From Anthoceros angustus (taxonomy: Eukaryota > Plantae > Anthocerotophyta), in assembly GCA_010909165.1 (NCBI GenBank), contig MU008181.1:186001-250000 (forward strand): a stretch of DNA of 64,000 bases. The letters run 5' to 3'. Made by a program: the position numbers and the translations under genes. Of the stretch, positions 10,701 to 25,700 are shown piece after piece; position 1 is the stretch's first letter, and the number at the start of each line of letters is the position of its first letter. Below the pieces are notes generated by a model. It saw nothing but the letters and a program-made list of their open reading frames with translations, had not been told where the DNA came from and searched no databases.

Positions 10701-13700
10701 TTCACTAGCATCATCGCCGTCTTCAGATGCATCCTCACTAAGATTTTCCAGCTCTCCTTCGAAATCCTGGTTCATCTCAACACCTTTCTCCTCCTTCCCA
10801 TCTGTTTGTTCCTTATTGGATGCATCGTGCTCCTGGATGACAATGAATCAGCCCAAAACCAGATTCAAACTAAACCAGATTCAAACTAAACATCACACTC
10901 CTACTATCCATCGCCACCAGTTTGAAGGGAAATACCTTATCTCCACTGCCCAGAAGCTGCTCTTCATCTTCAATTTGATCACTGACATCCTTCTTACCTT
11001 CGCCCTCGCCCATGCCTGTTCCTGTTGCCTCATCGAATTTCGTGGCTCCCTCTTGGGACTCTTCTTCCTCAGGACTTCTGCAGTAACCTTCTTTGTACAA
11101 TGTGTTGAACAGATTGCCCAATATGTACCCCAACTTTGCAACCTGGAAGACAAACAATCGAGCGTCACATATTGAGATCTCCACGACCTACACTTTCTAA
11201 ACAGACCGCCAGCTTCCAATCTGAATTATGGAGCACAAAGGCATCCGCAAAATAACTCATGACAAAAGCACCTACCGTCCTGTGCAGCAAAATATAATCA
11301 TTGAGAATTTGCATCCCCGCAGTTTGAACCATACTCAGAGGCACACCAATGCAGCCCAGTAACCTCCCGAATGTCTTATCACCAGCGACCTGCCGAGCGA
11401 CCACCATAACTCAAAACATGAACCACAATCTTAGTTGCACCCGGAAAAAGAAAGCATGTACACTGCATTCCCCTCTGAAAGGTTAACTTACATCTGCTGA
11501 TGCAAAGTTGGCCAAGGATTGATAAATGCGATCCAGCCTAAGAGCAGAGATCTGCTGCGCAAGATCTGACTCATACAGATGGAGGGTTTGAGCAATACTG
11601 ATCCCAGCAACTTCCCTGACAGAATCAGAATCTTGAGGGCCCAAATTGTCCCGTTGGTCTACTGCAGCCTTTGTTTTCCTGAGGCTCTGAACTGCTCGTT
11701 TCACCTCCACAACCAATTCATCAAACATTTTTATCTGCCTCTCCGTGGAAACGCCTGACGTGATCACTGGTGGAGAATCGAACTCCTCTGATGATCGTAT
11801 GCACTGCGCAGTTTTCGAAACGGATGAGAAACCACGTGTCTTTATCTCTTACACACCAGGGCCCTAATTAGAGGTACTACCCACCTCATTCAGAAGTTCC
11901 TGTAAGACCGTCCAACCCACTACACGGAGGTAAGTGGATTGGTGTGGCACTTGGGTCATGGCAACTGCAATCTCTCTGAGGACTGCAAAATTGGCAGACA
12001 CTGCTTCTTTCATCTCCACAGTTATGAGGACGGGCCACGACCTTTCCAGACTTTCGGATGTCATCATAAGTCGTCCAGGGATCAGGTAAGCATCAAGTCG
12101 CTTCTGCAGACATAGGATGTCAGCCTTAGAAATGGGCAGATTCCAGAAAAAAATGCGACATCCTTTGCTGAAGCCCACCTTGCATGACTCCAATGCAAAC
12201 AAGGCTTTTGTGAGAGCCTCAGCAACTCCCATGAAGCCCGAGCCACTTGACAGCTCAGAAGGGCAAGTCGTTGCTGACTGAGCTGTTTGGAAAAACAGCT
12301 TGAGCTCGACTATAGCACCGAGCAACAAGTCAAGCAAATTCTGCATGCCAAACGAATGTGCTGTAAGAACAAGCTGTTGATCCATGCATCTTCCTCTTGA
12401 AACTAGAAACCTTGACACATACAGCTGGGTTAAAATGGAATGATAACTCAATGGGATGAATACCTTTTGCTGCCACATCCAGCTGCGCGTGGAACCTTGT
12501 TGAGGAAGGGATCTTCCAGCCGTTGCACTTGCGCCTGTTCATTTCCAACCAGCATACAATCATTCCTCAGCAAAAAACCGAAAACTAATTCTCAACTAAC
12601 CAGCCCAAAAATTGAGTCGGAAAACAAAAAATTGCGCTCGAAGCCACAAAACCATGTCTCCATTGGGCTAGCATGAGGGGGATGTTGTAACTTACAGACG
12701 TCATTCATTAAACTTGTGTAGCTCTGCAATTTGTATAACTGCAAACTGTATTCATAGGCTCTGTCCCGCTGCTGCCGCTGTAGATAAAGAATATGCTCAA
12801 CGTATCTGGTGGATGTCTCCACCTGTCATAACAAAGAGCACCCTATTAGCCTTTACAAGATGCGTCACATGCCAACTTGCCAACGCTCTGGAAAATATAT
12901 ATCACCTCTTGAAGACTGAGATCCTTGTTTGGATTTTGAGCATTGAGATGGAGCTGCTGGATAAGTGCCATGTTATTAAAAAAGTAATCACTCGCTCCTT
13001 GCCACAACTTGCACATCCCTTCTAAGGTGCTTGATTCTAGGCTATCCTGGCCACCTGCTTGTTGCTCTAGTTCAATGCACCTATCCTTCCACTCTAACAG
13101 AATATCTCCAACTTCTGATGGTGGCTGCTGAAACCAGTCTCCTGGGTTCCTCAAGTGCTGTCAAAGACGGGTGGACATGAGAAAGCCTTCAATACAAGCA
13201 ACAGCAGGTTTCGTTTTCAAAACCCACAGAAAGGCATTTTGATCCATACATATACGTACCTTTGGCACAGCTGATCTATGACGAGACACACCTAGCCGTC
13301 CCAGAGTCTTCAACAAATCCACCAGTGCCTTCTTCTTGACATGGCGTTTCTTCTCACCTAACCGTAGCTCAGAGGCACGAGAGATAATTGTGTCACCCAG
13401 ATCTTCCAGTGCCCAGGTTCCCTCTCTACGAGAGGTAAAGCCAGCTTCTGAAAAAACAGCAGAACCAAGCATGTCATGGATCTTGGGTGCCCATTTAGAG
13501 AGTCCTTTCTGGTGTGGGATATCTGCATCCACAAGCATAGCTCATAGGTCAAAACCAGTACACCCCACGCCAAAAACACCGAAGAAATACAGAACGGAGT
13601 GTCCAGCTGGAGAGTTGCTGAGCCAGTTCTTCGTCCGTACCTCGTTCCACATGGGCACTTAAGATGGTCACATAGTTGATCCGGGACGAAGCGAATTGGT

Positions 13701-16700
13701 TCCAGTGCTTACTTCTGCATCCAATTGCCAGCAATAATCAAGCACTGCAAGGAGGAAAATATGCTGCACATTCAACTCCTTCACATCTCGACACAAGCAC
13801 ATACTCTAGATATTTAATTGATGGTTCATCTTTGCCATATGTACGTGTTGACACACGTATCTGCTGTTGTCCAGCTTCTACCCAGCCTGATAGGTTGTTT
13901 GTTCCCATCTGTAACGACTCTTCGCTCAGAAGCTGAAAAACCGGCCGCTTCAAAACCTCCTGAATGATAATGACAGATCTCAAGTGAGCATATCGTTTAG
14001 CTACAACAAAGAGTTTCTCCTATGCAAAATGAGCCCCGTACAGCTGCCAGCATCAAAGGACTGCGAGAAAGATCAGCAGGTTAAGACTTCACATCATATC
14101 TTCGAATAAGCTTGTGTAGCTTCCGGTGAGTCTTCTCTGCAGATGCTGCTAGTCTATAATGGCTGCGGTCATCCCACTTGCAGAGCCGCACTAAATCTTC
14201 AAGCTCCTTCTCAATGGGCTCTTTCCCTTCACCAAGTTTCAGAGCAACCCTGCATGCAAGCATCGTATGACAACATATTCTAGTAGACTTCTGCAGAAAT
14301 AACCAGATTCAACCTCTCTTGATGGAGCTTACATGCGTTGAAATTGCGAGTAGTATCTCCAGATGTTATACAAAATGTCTGCTAGCCTTTCGGCATTGTC
14401 CCTGGATCCAAGGGAATGTTCAAGAACATTAGTGAATCAAGTTGGACAAAGCAAAAGACCATCCACATTCTTTCTTGACCATGGAAATCACCTCGTTCTT
14501 CCATCAGCTCCACCCGAGGAGGCAGTCTGGAGTGAGAGCTGGCCATGGAAGGCCCGAACCAACTGCAGCCGTTGGCCGAACTGCCCAATTGTGGCAGTTT
14601 GCATGAAGTCTTCCAGGCTGCACCACAAGTTACACAGCTAGCTTGTTAAGATAAGACTACAATGAAAGATGTGTGAATTGGCACACAGAGAGGTTTAGAG
14701 AAAATTGCCCTTGACAGAACACACCTTTTGGTGACTTCTCTAGTGTAGGAAGCAGCATCTCCTTCCACATCACGATTCAAAATGCTGTATAAGGAAAACC
14801 AGAACTGCGAGTGATGCACCATAAATTTGTCAGTATCATGCCAGGACACGCAAACGCAATCATCCACACCACTCCACTAAGCACCTTCATGTCTTGAGCT
14901 TCATGCTCGACCTTCTTGCTGTCAAGCAACTCGGGCCAACATCTTAATTCTAGCTTCCGCCATCGAGCTACTAAGCGTGATAGGGTTTCCAGCTCACCTG
15001 AGATCATCAACATCAAGTACATATCAATTTTACATACATTGCAGGAGAAAGGCAACAAGCTAACATGGGACAAGTTTTCAGAAATCCACCAGACATGGAG
15101 ACATGCTTTGCAGCAGTTTCTTCCCATTGCTGAGCTTTTGAGAGGAGTAGCTCCAATCCCGTTAAAGCCTGAGGAGAGTAAGAGTCAGGCAAATGGTGAC
15201 TTTGAGTAGTACAATGCAAGCGGTGGGCAATTAGTCCAGAAAATAACTACGTGGTCGGAGGCAGCAAAGGTGAGATGCACAGCAGGGGATAATGGAAGCA
15301 GCACAACATCAGTACAAGACCCCAACTCTATGTTTCAGTCCAACCTTCATAACCGGAGATTCTAAAGATGTCAAAAGCAAGGACTTAGAGAGTCGAAGCA
15401 GCTGCTGTAATATGGGATGTTCTGGCCAGTCCTCCAAAAGCATACTGAGGCGATTCACCATGGCAGACACTGGATCAAGCATGAGCGCAATTTCACGCTG
15501 ATTTGGGTCCTGAACAATGATTCCAGAGTTAGAATGACTCGATTTGAATTTCAGGATGTTCCATTACCCTATCCAGTAGCTCAATAGTGACTGATAAAAT
15601 CCAGAATGACTTACCTTATAAAAGTTCCAATGAAGCTCCCCTTCACGTTCCACAGGTCTCTGGAGCTTTTCAAGCTCAAGTCCCACCCTCAAAACGTTTG
15701 CAGAGAGCAATTGCTCATCCAAAGTCGCAGGTACCATCCATTCCACAGCTACAGACAAAATAATTGGACTGTCAGCTGCAGTCAACTCTAATCAGTTGAA
15801 AAAGCAGCCGAAGACATAGAGCCCCATATTCTGCGCAACCAATCATTCCAGGAAGAATCTACAAATAAAACTGGAGACAAAGCATGTACCTTCCAAAAGT
15901 TGTTTGCCTGAGTCATATGCTAGAGTGAACATGTCCTTGATATCTTGAGTAGAAACGTTCTGCAAAACATTACAGTCAGACGAGTGGCCATGTGACTTCT
16001 CACTGACACGCTAACAGATCCTCACCTTTTGTAAGCAACCAAGGGATCCGAAAATGTCACTGTGAAGTTTCACAATATCCTTCAGTGCAGGCTCTCGTTC
16101 CAATGACAGAAGGTCATTTTCTTCAGTCTTCTCAGCTCCCAGTGCCCGCTTCTGTCCAGTCACACACAAGGTATTAATGGTGCTTGAAGTGCTCTGTTAC
16201 CAGAACGGTATCAAGACAGTCAGCAACAAGCCACTGATTTGGAAGTTTACATCATCCTCAACAGCGTCAATGAAGTCCATGTCTTCATATTCTCCAAACT
16301 CCCCTGAATAGCTTGGAAATGTGGCTTGAAACGACTCTTCATCTAATCTGTTCTCAGACTCCATAGTATGTACACGCTTGGTAAAACGCACAAAATCTGT
16401 CGAAGCTATATTCTGCTCCCGTAACTCTTGATTTCTTTCCCAGAGTGCCACAAATGACTCAAGAATCATAGTAATAATCTGTTCCCATATTTCCAGCCAG
16501 CAGATGATGAGAACACAAAGAACATGAGAAAAGGTCAGGACACAACTGCATCTACCCTGACTGCAAATGAAAAATTTCAAGTAACTGTAGCCTACCTCCA
16601 GTGTTCCCCTTCTCAGCAGTCCAGAAACATGGATCTCCCGGCTAAGGCGCAACAAAGCAACCCTCAAAACATCCATGTGCAACTTCAAACACGTACCCTA

Positions 16701-19700
16701 GATCATCCACCAGCCAACAGCATGTTACTAACCGTGGCAAAGAGCCTACTGTTTAATTCAGTTGCAGAGGCCAATTGAGGGTCAGAGGATTATCTAACCT
16801 GCTTGAGACGAGAGCGATCTTTCCAGAGATCACCACATTTAGACACGATTTTTTGCACATCTTCCACTACCAACTCTTGCACATGAAGGGCTCCAGGTCC
16901 ATGGCCAAGGCAGTCAGATATTGATGCAGAAGACCGCGAAATCGGTATGTGATCTACCCTCGTCGGGAACTGCATCAATCGGACTAGTAGCTTCTGCAGA
17001 AAGGGTTCCACACACAATCCATGAGAACCAACCGTTCAGTTCATCCACCTCCAACAGAAATTTGACGAAATAGGGAACTTACACTGAAGACCACTGATGA
17101 GTCACTGCCAAATTGTTCAAACGTTCTCATTTGCAATTGACCAGCCATAGAAAGCGAAAAGCCAAACTTGAGCTCATAAACAGCAAGCTGGACGGGTTGC
17201 ACAAAATCCCGGTATAGAGGATAGTCCTCAGACAAACGCTGAATAAATTGCCCTGCTGTTTCCTGCCATGTAGTGAAAGAAAAATGTCAGTCTCGAACCT
17301 TCAGGCTTCACATTCCGTTTCAGTAACACTCCAACTGAATGGAGACTAACCTGCCATGTCGTGAGCTCGTTTGCAATATCTTCATTTAATTTGCCAACCC
17401 CACCTTCCAAGGAACAAAGCAACTGTTGCAGCTTCTTATGGTTTGCTGGCATATCTTTGTACTTCTGGACGTCGAGGTACAGTCTTCGGAAGGTTGGAGG
17501 ACTTGGGCGTGGAATGATCTACAGCATTTTGCCATGCGTAAGAGCTTCTGCAATCAAAGTGCAACACAAAGACCATGACTCATGAGCGCCTCAAACGCAG
17601 TTACCTTGGAACTAAGAGCACGAAGTTCATCTTCCAGAACCCTGAGCGCAGCAGTGTCCAGACTCAATTCTCCAGCAGGTGTCCCACCTCGAACAAGTAG
17701 CTCACTTTCTTGCTTCACCTATTCACCACAGGCAAGATCAAATATAATGGTACAATTATTCAGCCCAAGAGGCTTGAGCTTTTTCATCTGGTTGCAAGGA
17801 ACAAAAGCACGAGGCTGATGATGCTCGAAAACCGAACTACAAAATGCAGATAATGCTCGGCAGAAACCTTGCAAGTGTATCATGCACGAACAAGAGACAC
17901 TTCAAAGGGCAAGATGGGTATGAAGACGGAATACCTGTAGCTGAAGTTCCAAATCATGATGCCTATCTTTAATATGAGCATGTTTAAACGCATACTTTGC
18001 TACAGGGTCGCAACCATCCGCAGGAAGAAGCAAATGGAGCCGCAATGCTCCTATGTTGATCCACACTTTTCCCAGCTGCATCAGGCCATCTGTAATCACC
18101 ATGGTGTACATGCATACATTAGATGCCCTTCGGCGTCACATGCAGACGTACTCATGACCAGAGAGTAGCAGACTCTCGAGCACACCGATTGAAAGCCAAT
18201 GTTTTCAATCGACAATCAGCTGTACCTGCTGTATGTCCACTTCTGTGGCAGTTCTCTAACAATTGCAAGCAAGGCAACAAAAGAGAATCGACCAAAGAAG
18301 CCAGGTTTGCATGATGAGCACAACGTAGCAGGGTGCCAAGCTTCTGCAAGGACAAAGTCTGATCTTCACCCTGCAACAAGAAACTTATCGAATTAGAAGG
18401 AGTATACATATACTCTGACACAAACAGTCCTATCCACCTTATCGTACACTGATGAGCAGATTAGATTGGACAACCAGTCCACTTACCAGCATTGGAAACT
18501 CCAGAATGGAAGACAGTAAAGAGGAGATGGTATTGCTGTCCTCGGTCCGGAACGACTTCTTATGAGCAAGGATGATCTACAAGGTAAACCCGGGACTCTA
18601 TAAGCCACTACCAATAAGACAACACATCCAAATGTCTCAACATCAGAGCAGCTTTATCTCACCTGTTGCAAAAGAAGCCCTATTGACTTCAAATTGGAAG
18701 TCCAGACCGGAGGAGAGTCCTGCTCTGAATAAGTCTGAAGACTCTGAAATACAAGCCGCAACTGATATATCTTACCACGGTAGTCCTTTACAGCACCTGT
18801 TTGCAACCTGTTCAAGATATGAGAAGGGGGCGTGATAAGGTCATTTATTGAAACCATCAACGGACACAGATTCAGAGCAGGGACCTACCATCCAGAGCCC
18901 AAACATGCTGTCTGAGAAGCCAAGAACAGTCGCGGTGGACCAGATGTTGATTCCCAAATGTCAGTGCCAGTGCTCTGCATTAACATCGGTGCCAAACATC
19001 ATAAATGCATTTCCAAATGAGATAATCCCCTCCAACCATTTTTTATGGAAGTGTTCAGCTTGTTTACCAATATCTCCATACTTTCTCTTTTCCAAAGAGA
19101 CCGATGCCAGTTAAACCAAAGCTCATGAACCACGTTCTGGAGAACGGCAGACAACTCTGTATTCAGCCATGCATAAGTGAAATCAGTGTATGTTTTACCA
19201 TTATCATCATAATGGCAACTTACATGTCGACCTTTGGGGAGTCTTTTTGCACTAACCACTGTTGTTAGGAGTAACTCCCTCCCTTAGCCATAGCAGGTGC
19301 TGATGTGGAACAAAATCTGTCAGCGATCTTGAGGAGCACGCCAAAGAGAAATCGACCAACGTCTTGAGAAAAGTGGCCGAAATGCCCTGCATCAATATCA
19401 TTGTGTAACTGTCAGTGAAGGATTGTCCTTGCATACACCAAAGCTATCCTTGCATACACCCAAGCTATCGGCAAGGGATTGTTTTTTTTTCACTCGCAAT
19501 AGAAACCTCAACCTGCTGGATTACAAGATCTCCAATCTGTTCTCGAGGATATATCACAAGTGCAGTCGCCTTGGTCAGTGCATCAGCATCAAGACACAGA
19601 CTTATGTGATTCAATAATGGAAGGGCAGTCGCCAATAGGTGCCCAGTAGAAGACCACTGCTGCAAAACCGTGATATCTGACAAGTGAGGAGGAACACATT

Positions 19701-22700
19701 CACATGCTCCTTTCCCCGAGCAGGACGACACACTGAATGGTACATCATCCCTTTTTAATGAATTAAAACACAGTGGCTCCACTCTGCTCGCAAGAATCTG
19801 CCACCAAAGGAAAAGGTTAAGAGAGCCGATTAGATTCAGCTGTTACAAGTAGAGCAGTAAATATCACAAACTGACCTCAAAAATATCCTGGGATTCCGAA
19901 ACACAGGTGCCAGTAGACCATCTCAAGTTATCCGGAACAATTGCAGTATTAGGCTTCTTGCTCATGTTTCTAATCCCCAGCCACTTCACAATGGAGAGTC
20001 CTACAAGTTGAACATAAAAAAATGTCATCTGAATAATCAACTCCTGATTGCAGCATGGATGATCAAAATACAATCCAAGACTGGAATCGTTACCTTCCAC
20101 AAAGAGAAACTTGCTTGTCTTGTCAAGAACCACAGGCTCATCTCGTTCTACAAAACCAGCAAGGAAACTTAGGAAATTGCACCGAAGAGTAGTCAAGGTG
20201 AGCTTGAAAGAGGAAAAAGGAAACTGATGTTCAAGTAAATAGTTCATGGAGACACCTAAACTCCCACCTTCAACGAAAGACAAAATCTTCGATTCCAGCT
20301 CTAATAATTCCCTGGAAGTTGGCAACCAGGGGTGTCCTCCATTTTTCCACAATAATGCATGCGAGGAATAGCCCTTACCCAACGATAGCTCATCATCAAT
20401 AGTCTCCACAATGTTGCAGAGCTCAATGACACACTGTAACACAACAGATACAAGAACTGTGAATTCAAACAGTCAAACAGATAAACTGCAAAGGTAATGA
20501 GGGGGTCCACAAACTGACACCCCCCACAGACTACCATGCAGCATGCCAGAACCTGCAGGCATTTGCTTTACCTTCCGATCAGCTGGAACAACTGGGGCGT
20601 CACAAAGTTGCTTAAGGCTTCTTTTGAAAAATGACCAACAAAGGAGATAGTCATCAATATCCACCTCCGGTTGCAGCAGAGTTTTCCACAAAGCTTCATG
20701 CCACTCTTGGAAATTGGCAAAGTTGGTAGCAAACCCATCCCAGCCCTCGGCTGTGCATGACTTCAGTAGATTGTCCTCCAGCTTTCGCACCGAGGCTAGC
20801 AAACGGTACTTCCAATTTAAAGATGTTTCCAGGACATGAATTCTACTCTGTTCCCTAAAATACAAAGAAGGCTGTCCAGCTGATATTGTGCTCCAGGCAG
20901 CACGATATCCACCAGGTCCAGGACTTTGTGCATTCTTATATGCTTCTTCCTCTAGCTGCCACTGCAGTAGGCTTCGCCTAAGGGCAATTAGCTTTGAGCC
21001 CAGGGAGGCAGCCACATCAACACTGTCGGCTCGAATCTCACCATTTACGTGTCCAAGGATGAAGGGTAAATCTTGAAAATGGTAGTCTGAACTCAACTTT
21101 TGCCATACACTCCACAGTTCCTTGTGCAGGGGATGCTCCAGCTCTTGCTCCAATGCACGGACGATGCTTTCCAAAACATGGTTGTACTTACCCAGGTTGC
21201 GAGAGATTCTTTTCAGCCACTGAATACGAAGCTTCACATCAGAGAAGTTAGCCTGTCTGAACATCCAGAGTGCAGCATGCTTCAACATTTGCTCCACCTC
21301 AACTGTGCTGGCAGAAGGAACAGGGACTTCCATAGATTGCTCCAACTCGCCAGCAAGGGGACTTAAATGGCACCAAAGAACGTAACCAGGTAAAGCAGGC
21401 AAAATATGCATCTTATCCTTTATCCACTCTGAAAGGTTGGCAACCTTCCCACCGACCTGCCACTCCAGAGCTAACTTCCAAGATAGGAATTGCGTTACTA
21501 GGAACTCAACCAGCATGGAGTCACGCCTAACTGCAGATACTTTAGCATCCATAACATATTTATCGAGCGTTAATGGATTTGGCCAACCACCTGGTAGGTA
21601 TAAAGACATACTAGTCCACTTAGTTATGTCCTTAGCAACTACATCTGTCAGCACTGACAAGTGTATGTCAACAGCTGCAGACTTTCCCGACACGGTCTTC
21701 AAACGCTGCACATACGTTTGGTCCCAGCTGCAGAACAAGGCCCTTGAAACACTTACTCCCCTTTGCAGCAGCTCCTGAAATAAGCTAACCCACTGGGACA
21801 ATTCTCGACGTGAAACTCGTGTAATATCATGAGAGGTTTCCATAAGAGCCTTGAAGCTCAAGTGTGCAAGAGCCATTCCTTCTGTGAGGGAAGAGCCCGG
21901 TACACCAGCTGCTACAACAAGCTGCCTGTCATCCTGATCTGCACTGAGATTCCCATCCGTATGTTGCCCAGCTGACTGCATCATGAATATTTCTATTCCG
22001 CGATTCCTCATCGCCCTGGACACCTCCCCGTGAGCAGGGTCCAGGGTTAAAAACAGCCGGAAGTTGGGATGGGCCCGAACCACTAAAGGCTCGCCACGTA
22101 CAAGCCCCCGCTCATTGATCAAGATTGTACCACTGGGCTCCAGCAATGGGTTGAGTCTATCGAGCACCTGAGGTAGGCAACATTGTAAACGAGCTAGGAA
22201 ATGACAAGCTTTCAAGAATAATATGAAAGGATCAAAATTGCAAAACACATACCGTTGGATTGCAGAGATTAGCATTTTCAAGAACCACCCAGTCCCCAGA
22301 CCTCAAAGCTTTCAGCAGGCCACCATCCACCCATTCAAACTGCCCTGTGCTTCTCTTGCCTCCAAGACTTGTGACTAAGGCTCTAAGTTCTGACAAGACC
22401 AAATTTGGGTCAACCTCGGGTTCCCACTTTGAAGCCTTACAAGTGGCAACAAAGGTCACCAGCTGTTCAATGGTCTGTACTAACATATCCACAGATTGGC
22501 CACTTATGCCTTGTCGAGCATTTCCACCATCTGCAAAGGTTGTCAGAACATCACCAGGTGTAACCTTGCGAAAAGTGGCCCAAGATCCAAGCACACCCTT
22601 CACTAGCTTTGCTCTTCTGGTGGATGGCAACTTAATGTTTGATTCTGTTAGGAAACTCGTTGCAAGAACCAGAATTGATTTCTCTGCACGTTTCACAAGA

Positions 22701-25700
22701 TCTTGCCAGTGGCGGAATAAATCATGTTGCTCATAGCTGCCTAATAAATCTGTTGTGTCAGTTGCGCTAGTGAGGGTATACTCATGCAGCGTGTTCCCTG
22801 TCAGCTGAGCAACAAGACGGACAAGGGAAGTTTTGCCAGACGCTTGTGGTCCTACCAGAATGCCCATCCAGCCTTGCTTTACACAATGCAGTAAGGACTC
22901 CAACTGGTTTCCAAAGCCTGTAAGTAGAGAGAGCCTCTTTGAGGTGACCCAATCTGGTTGTGGCCCACGTTGACGCCTGGTGCTGGCTAAACCCACATGC
23001 AGATGCTCCTGAGAGACAATAACATTTGGATGGAGGTTAAGATCTGCTGCTGTACCGAAAATCTCTTGAAAGAGGTTGTGAACCTGGCTTCGATCTTTGG
23101 AGGACCTCATCCTCTGCAGGTATAACACATCAAGAAAGTATTTTGCACTTCCCTCCGGATTGTACAACATTGAGGAGCCTCCTGCCATGATTTAATGGCA
23201 CGGTTAGGTTGGAAGGAAAGCAGTACAATACATGTAAGAACATAGTCCATGAAGGGGCACCAACCTTCAATAAGCTCACACCAGCGTAAAATGTCCCTCA
23301 AATTAAATTCCCATGGAGACCCAGCTTGACCATACAAACGTTTGATCATAATGTCTTGATAAAGCTTAGCGTTGAACTGTATCATCTTTCTCAATAGAAG
23401 CTTGGGAATGGACGGGTGTAAAGCAGATGCGATGAATACATAATCATCCTCCGACAAAGCATCCACGTAAACCTGTGCACACAAAGTGGTCAGCACTCAT
23501 TGAATACACCTTTACACACGTAGTACAAAATACACTTGCACCAACCTTTGTGAACCGGTTCAAAAATGACTTCGGGAGGCCTTTCCGGCCACCTCCTTGC
23601 TGCGTGGGGTTTTGGCAAGCAAAAACTCGAAAAGTGGCTGGACATTTGAAACGTTCATTTAGTTCTGGCACATACACTTCTGCACGATGATCGAGGCACG
23701 CATTTAATCCCTGCATCACACACCTGAATTCAGTGGACAGGTCTAGTCTTGCAATCACAATCATCCCAAGATGGCACTTATTTCAGCCCATACCTCGAGC
23801 ACAGACTGGGAAGCAAGGTTAAGCTCATCCAGGAGAACCCAGTCACCTGCCTTCAGTGCCTGCAGAGACAGCCCCAGAGCTGTAAGTAAGCCTGGAACAA
23901 TTAGAAAAGCTCTTAACGTAATCAAGAAATATGGGTGTTACTTTACTTGCAAGAAGACACCATCTGACCAGCGGAACTCGCCACCAGTTCCCCCCTCCAC
24001 AGGTAGTTCTGATCCAAGAAGATCCATCATATCCGTCTACAAAAAGCAGGAAACATGCTTGAAGAAGGGCTCTGTACTTTAACTCGTCCATAGATCAGAC
24101 CCATTGCTTATTCTGTACCTGTTCTGAGAGGTTAATCCGCACAAGGGGATGACCAGAATAGGATGCTAATGCAGTGACCAGACTGGTCTTCCCAACACCA
24201 GGGCTTCCTTCCAGGAGCACTGTAAGGAAACAACGACCTGCTCAGAAACAAATACCTGGCAACTGCAGTTTTAACACAGAAACTCCATATTCACCTGGCC
24301 TCTGAAGTTGCATTGCCCGGAGAATCCTGAAGGCATTTTGATTTGTTGTTGGTGCGTCCAACTTGAACGTCTTGTCATCATCACCACGAGCACCTGCACA
24401 AGGTGACCAGAGTAAGAGGTTACGTATGGTAGGTAGCCATTGTTGTGTCCCAGCATTCTTGACACGAAACAAGTTATGTAAGCTGACAGTTTTTTCATAC
24501 CTCTAGGAATAAAGAATGGGGCAAGACCAAACATTTCATCACTGGCAGGAGGCCCTTGAGCCTCTCCAAATGGAAGACCTTTGAAGACCGAAGGATCAAC
24601 ATAAACATTGGCAGGACCTTTCTCATTCTGCAACCAGAAGAAGGAAGTATGACCAGAAAGTGTCAGGATGAAGTGACAAAACCTGAATAAGCCTTGCGAA
24701 TCCTCAAGGAAAAGTGCAGGAAACCTACTCCAGATACCAAACGCTGTAGATGCTCCAAGCAATCATCTCTCATCTTTGAAGCTGCTGAGCTTGACATTCC
24801 CAGTCCTGACAATGAGATCAGCAGGTAATGAGATGCGTAGACAACAAGAATAAATGTGTGTCCAGCTCGCTTAGTTAACGATTCTTTGGCATATGCAACA
24901 ACAACCACACAACAGTCTAGCCAATGAGAAACCCTTACCGACACCTATCCCATCCAGGAGCACCAAAAAAGCACCATGGACAAATGCTGCAGAACTCCCA
25001 ATATTTTCTACAGCGTTGTTGATGAAGGTTATCCAAGACAAAAGATCCCTGACTGACAGCAGCCTTCCACTGCCATAATGATGTTGGAACCACTGTCACA
25101 GAAAGAATGGGTTTAGGGATATGAGAAACGAATTTAATAACCAAAATAGCGAGGAGGGACCCAGGTGGGCAACAAGAATAGAGAGGTGCCTGCCAAAATT
25201 GGAGTAGTGGTTCAACCAGGGACAACAGCTTTGGGCTTGAAAGCCTGACATATCCCACAAACAACAGACAGGGAATGTTAAAGGGGTAAACACTGCGTCA
25301 TGATTTCAACCAAGTACTGAAACAAATGCTGATTGACTGCACTTACCTTTCCAGCAGAATCCTCCTGAGATCATCTAAGTCCACAATTGGGGGTACCCAT
25401 ATTTCAGTGAATCTATTGCGGAGTGCAGGAGAAAGCTCCTTTTTCCCGAAGTCCCCTCCTGGGTTCATTGTAGCCATGATTCTGAAATCTGGATGAGCAA
25501 CCAGTTCTTCCACACTTGAACCGCCTTTCTCTGCAAGAACCTGTAGCCCAGATCGGAGCATCAGTACAGGCAAATCTATCACACGTTTGTGATATAAATG
25601 TCACCAGTGGTGGTTGACGTTACCAAGAGACGCTTTGGCTCCAAAACGCTGTTCAATCTTTCTAGCACACTATCCTCAGCAAGGGAAATCTCATCAATCA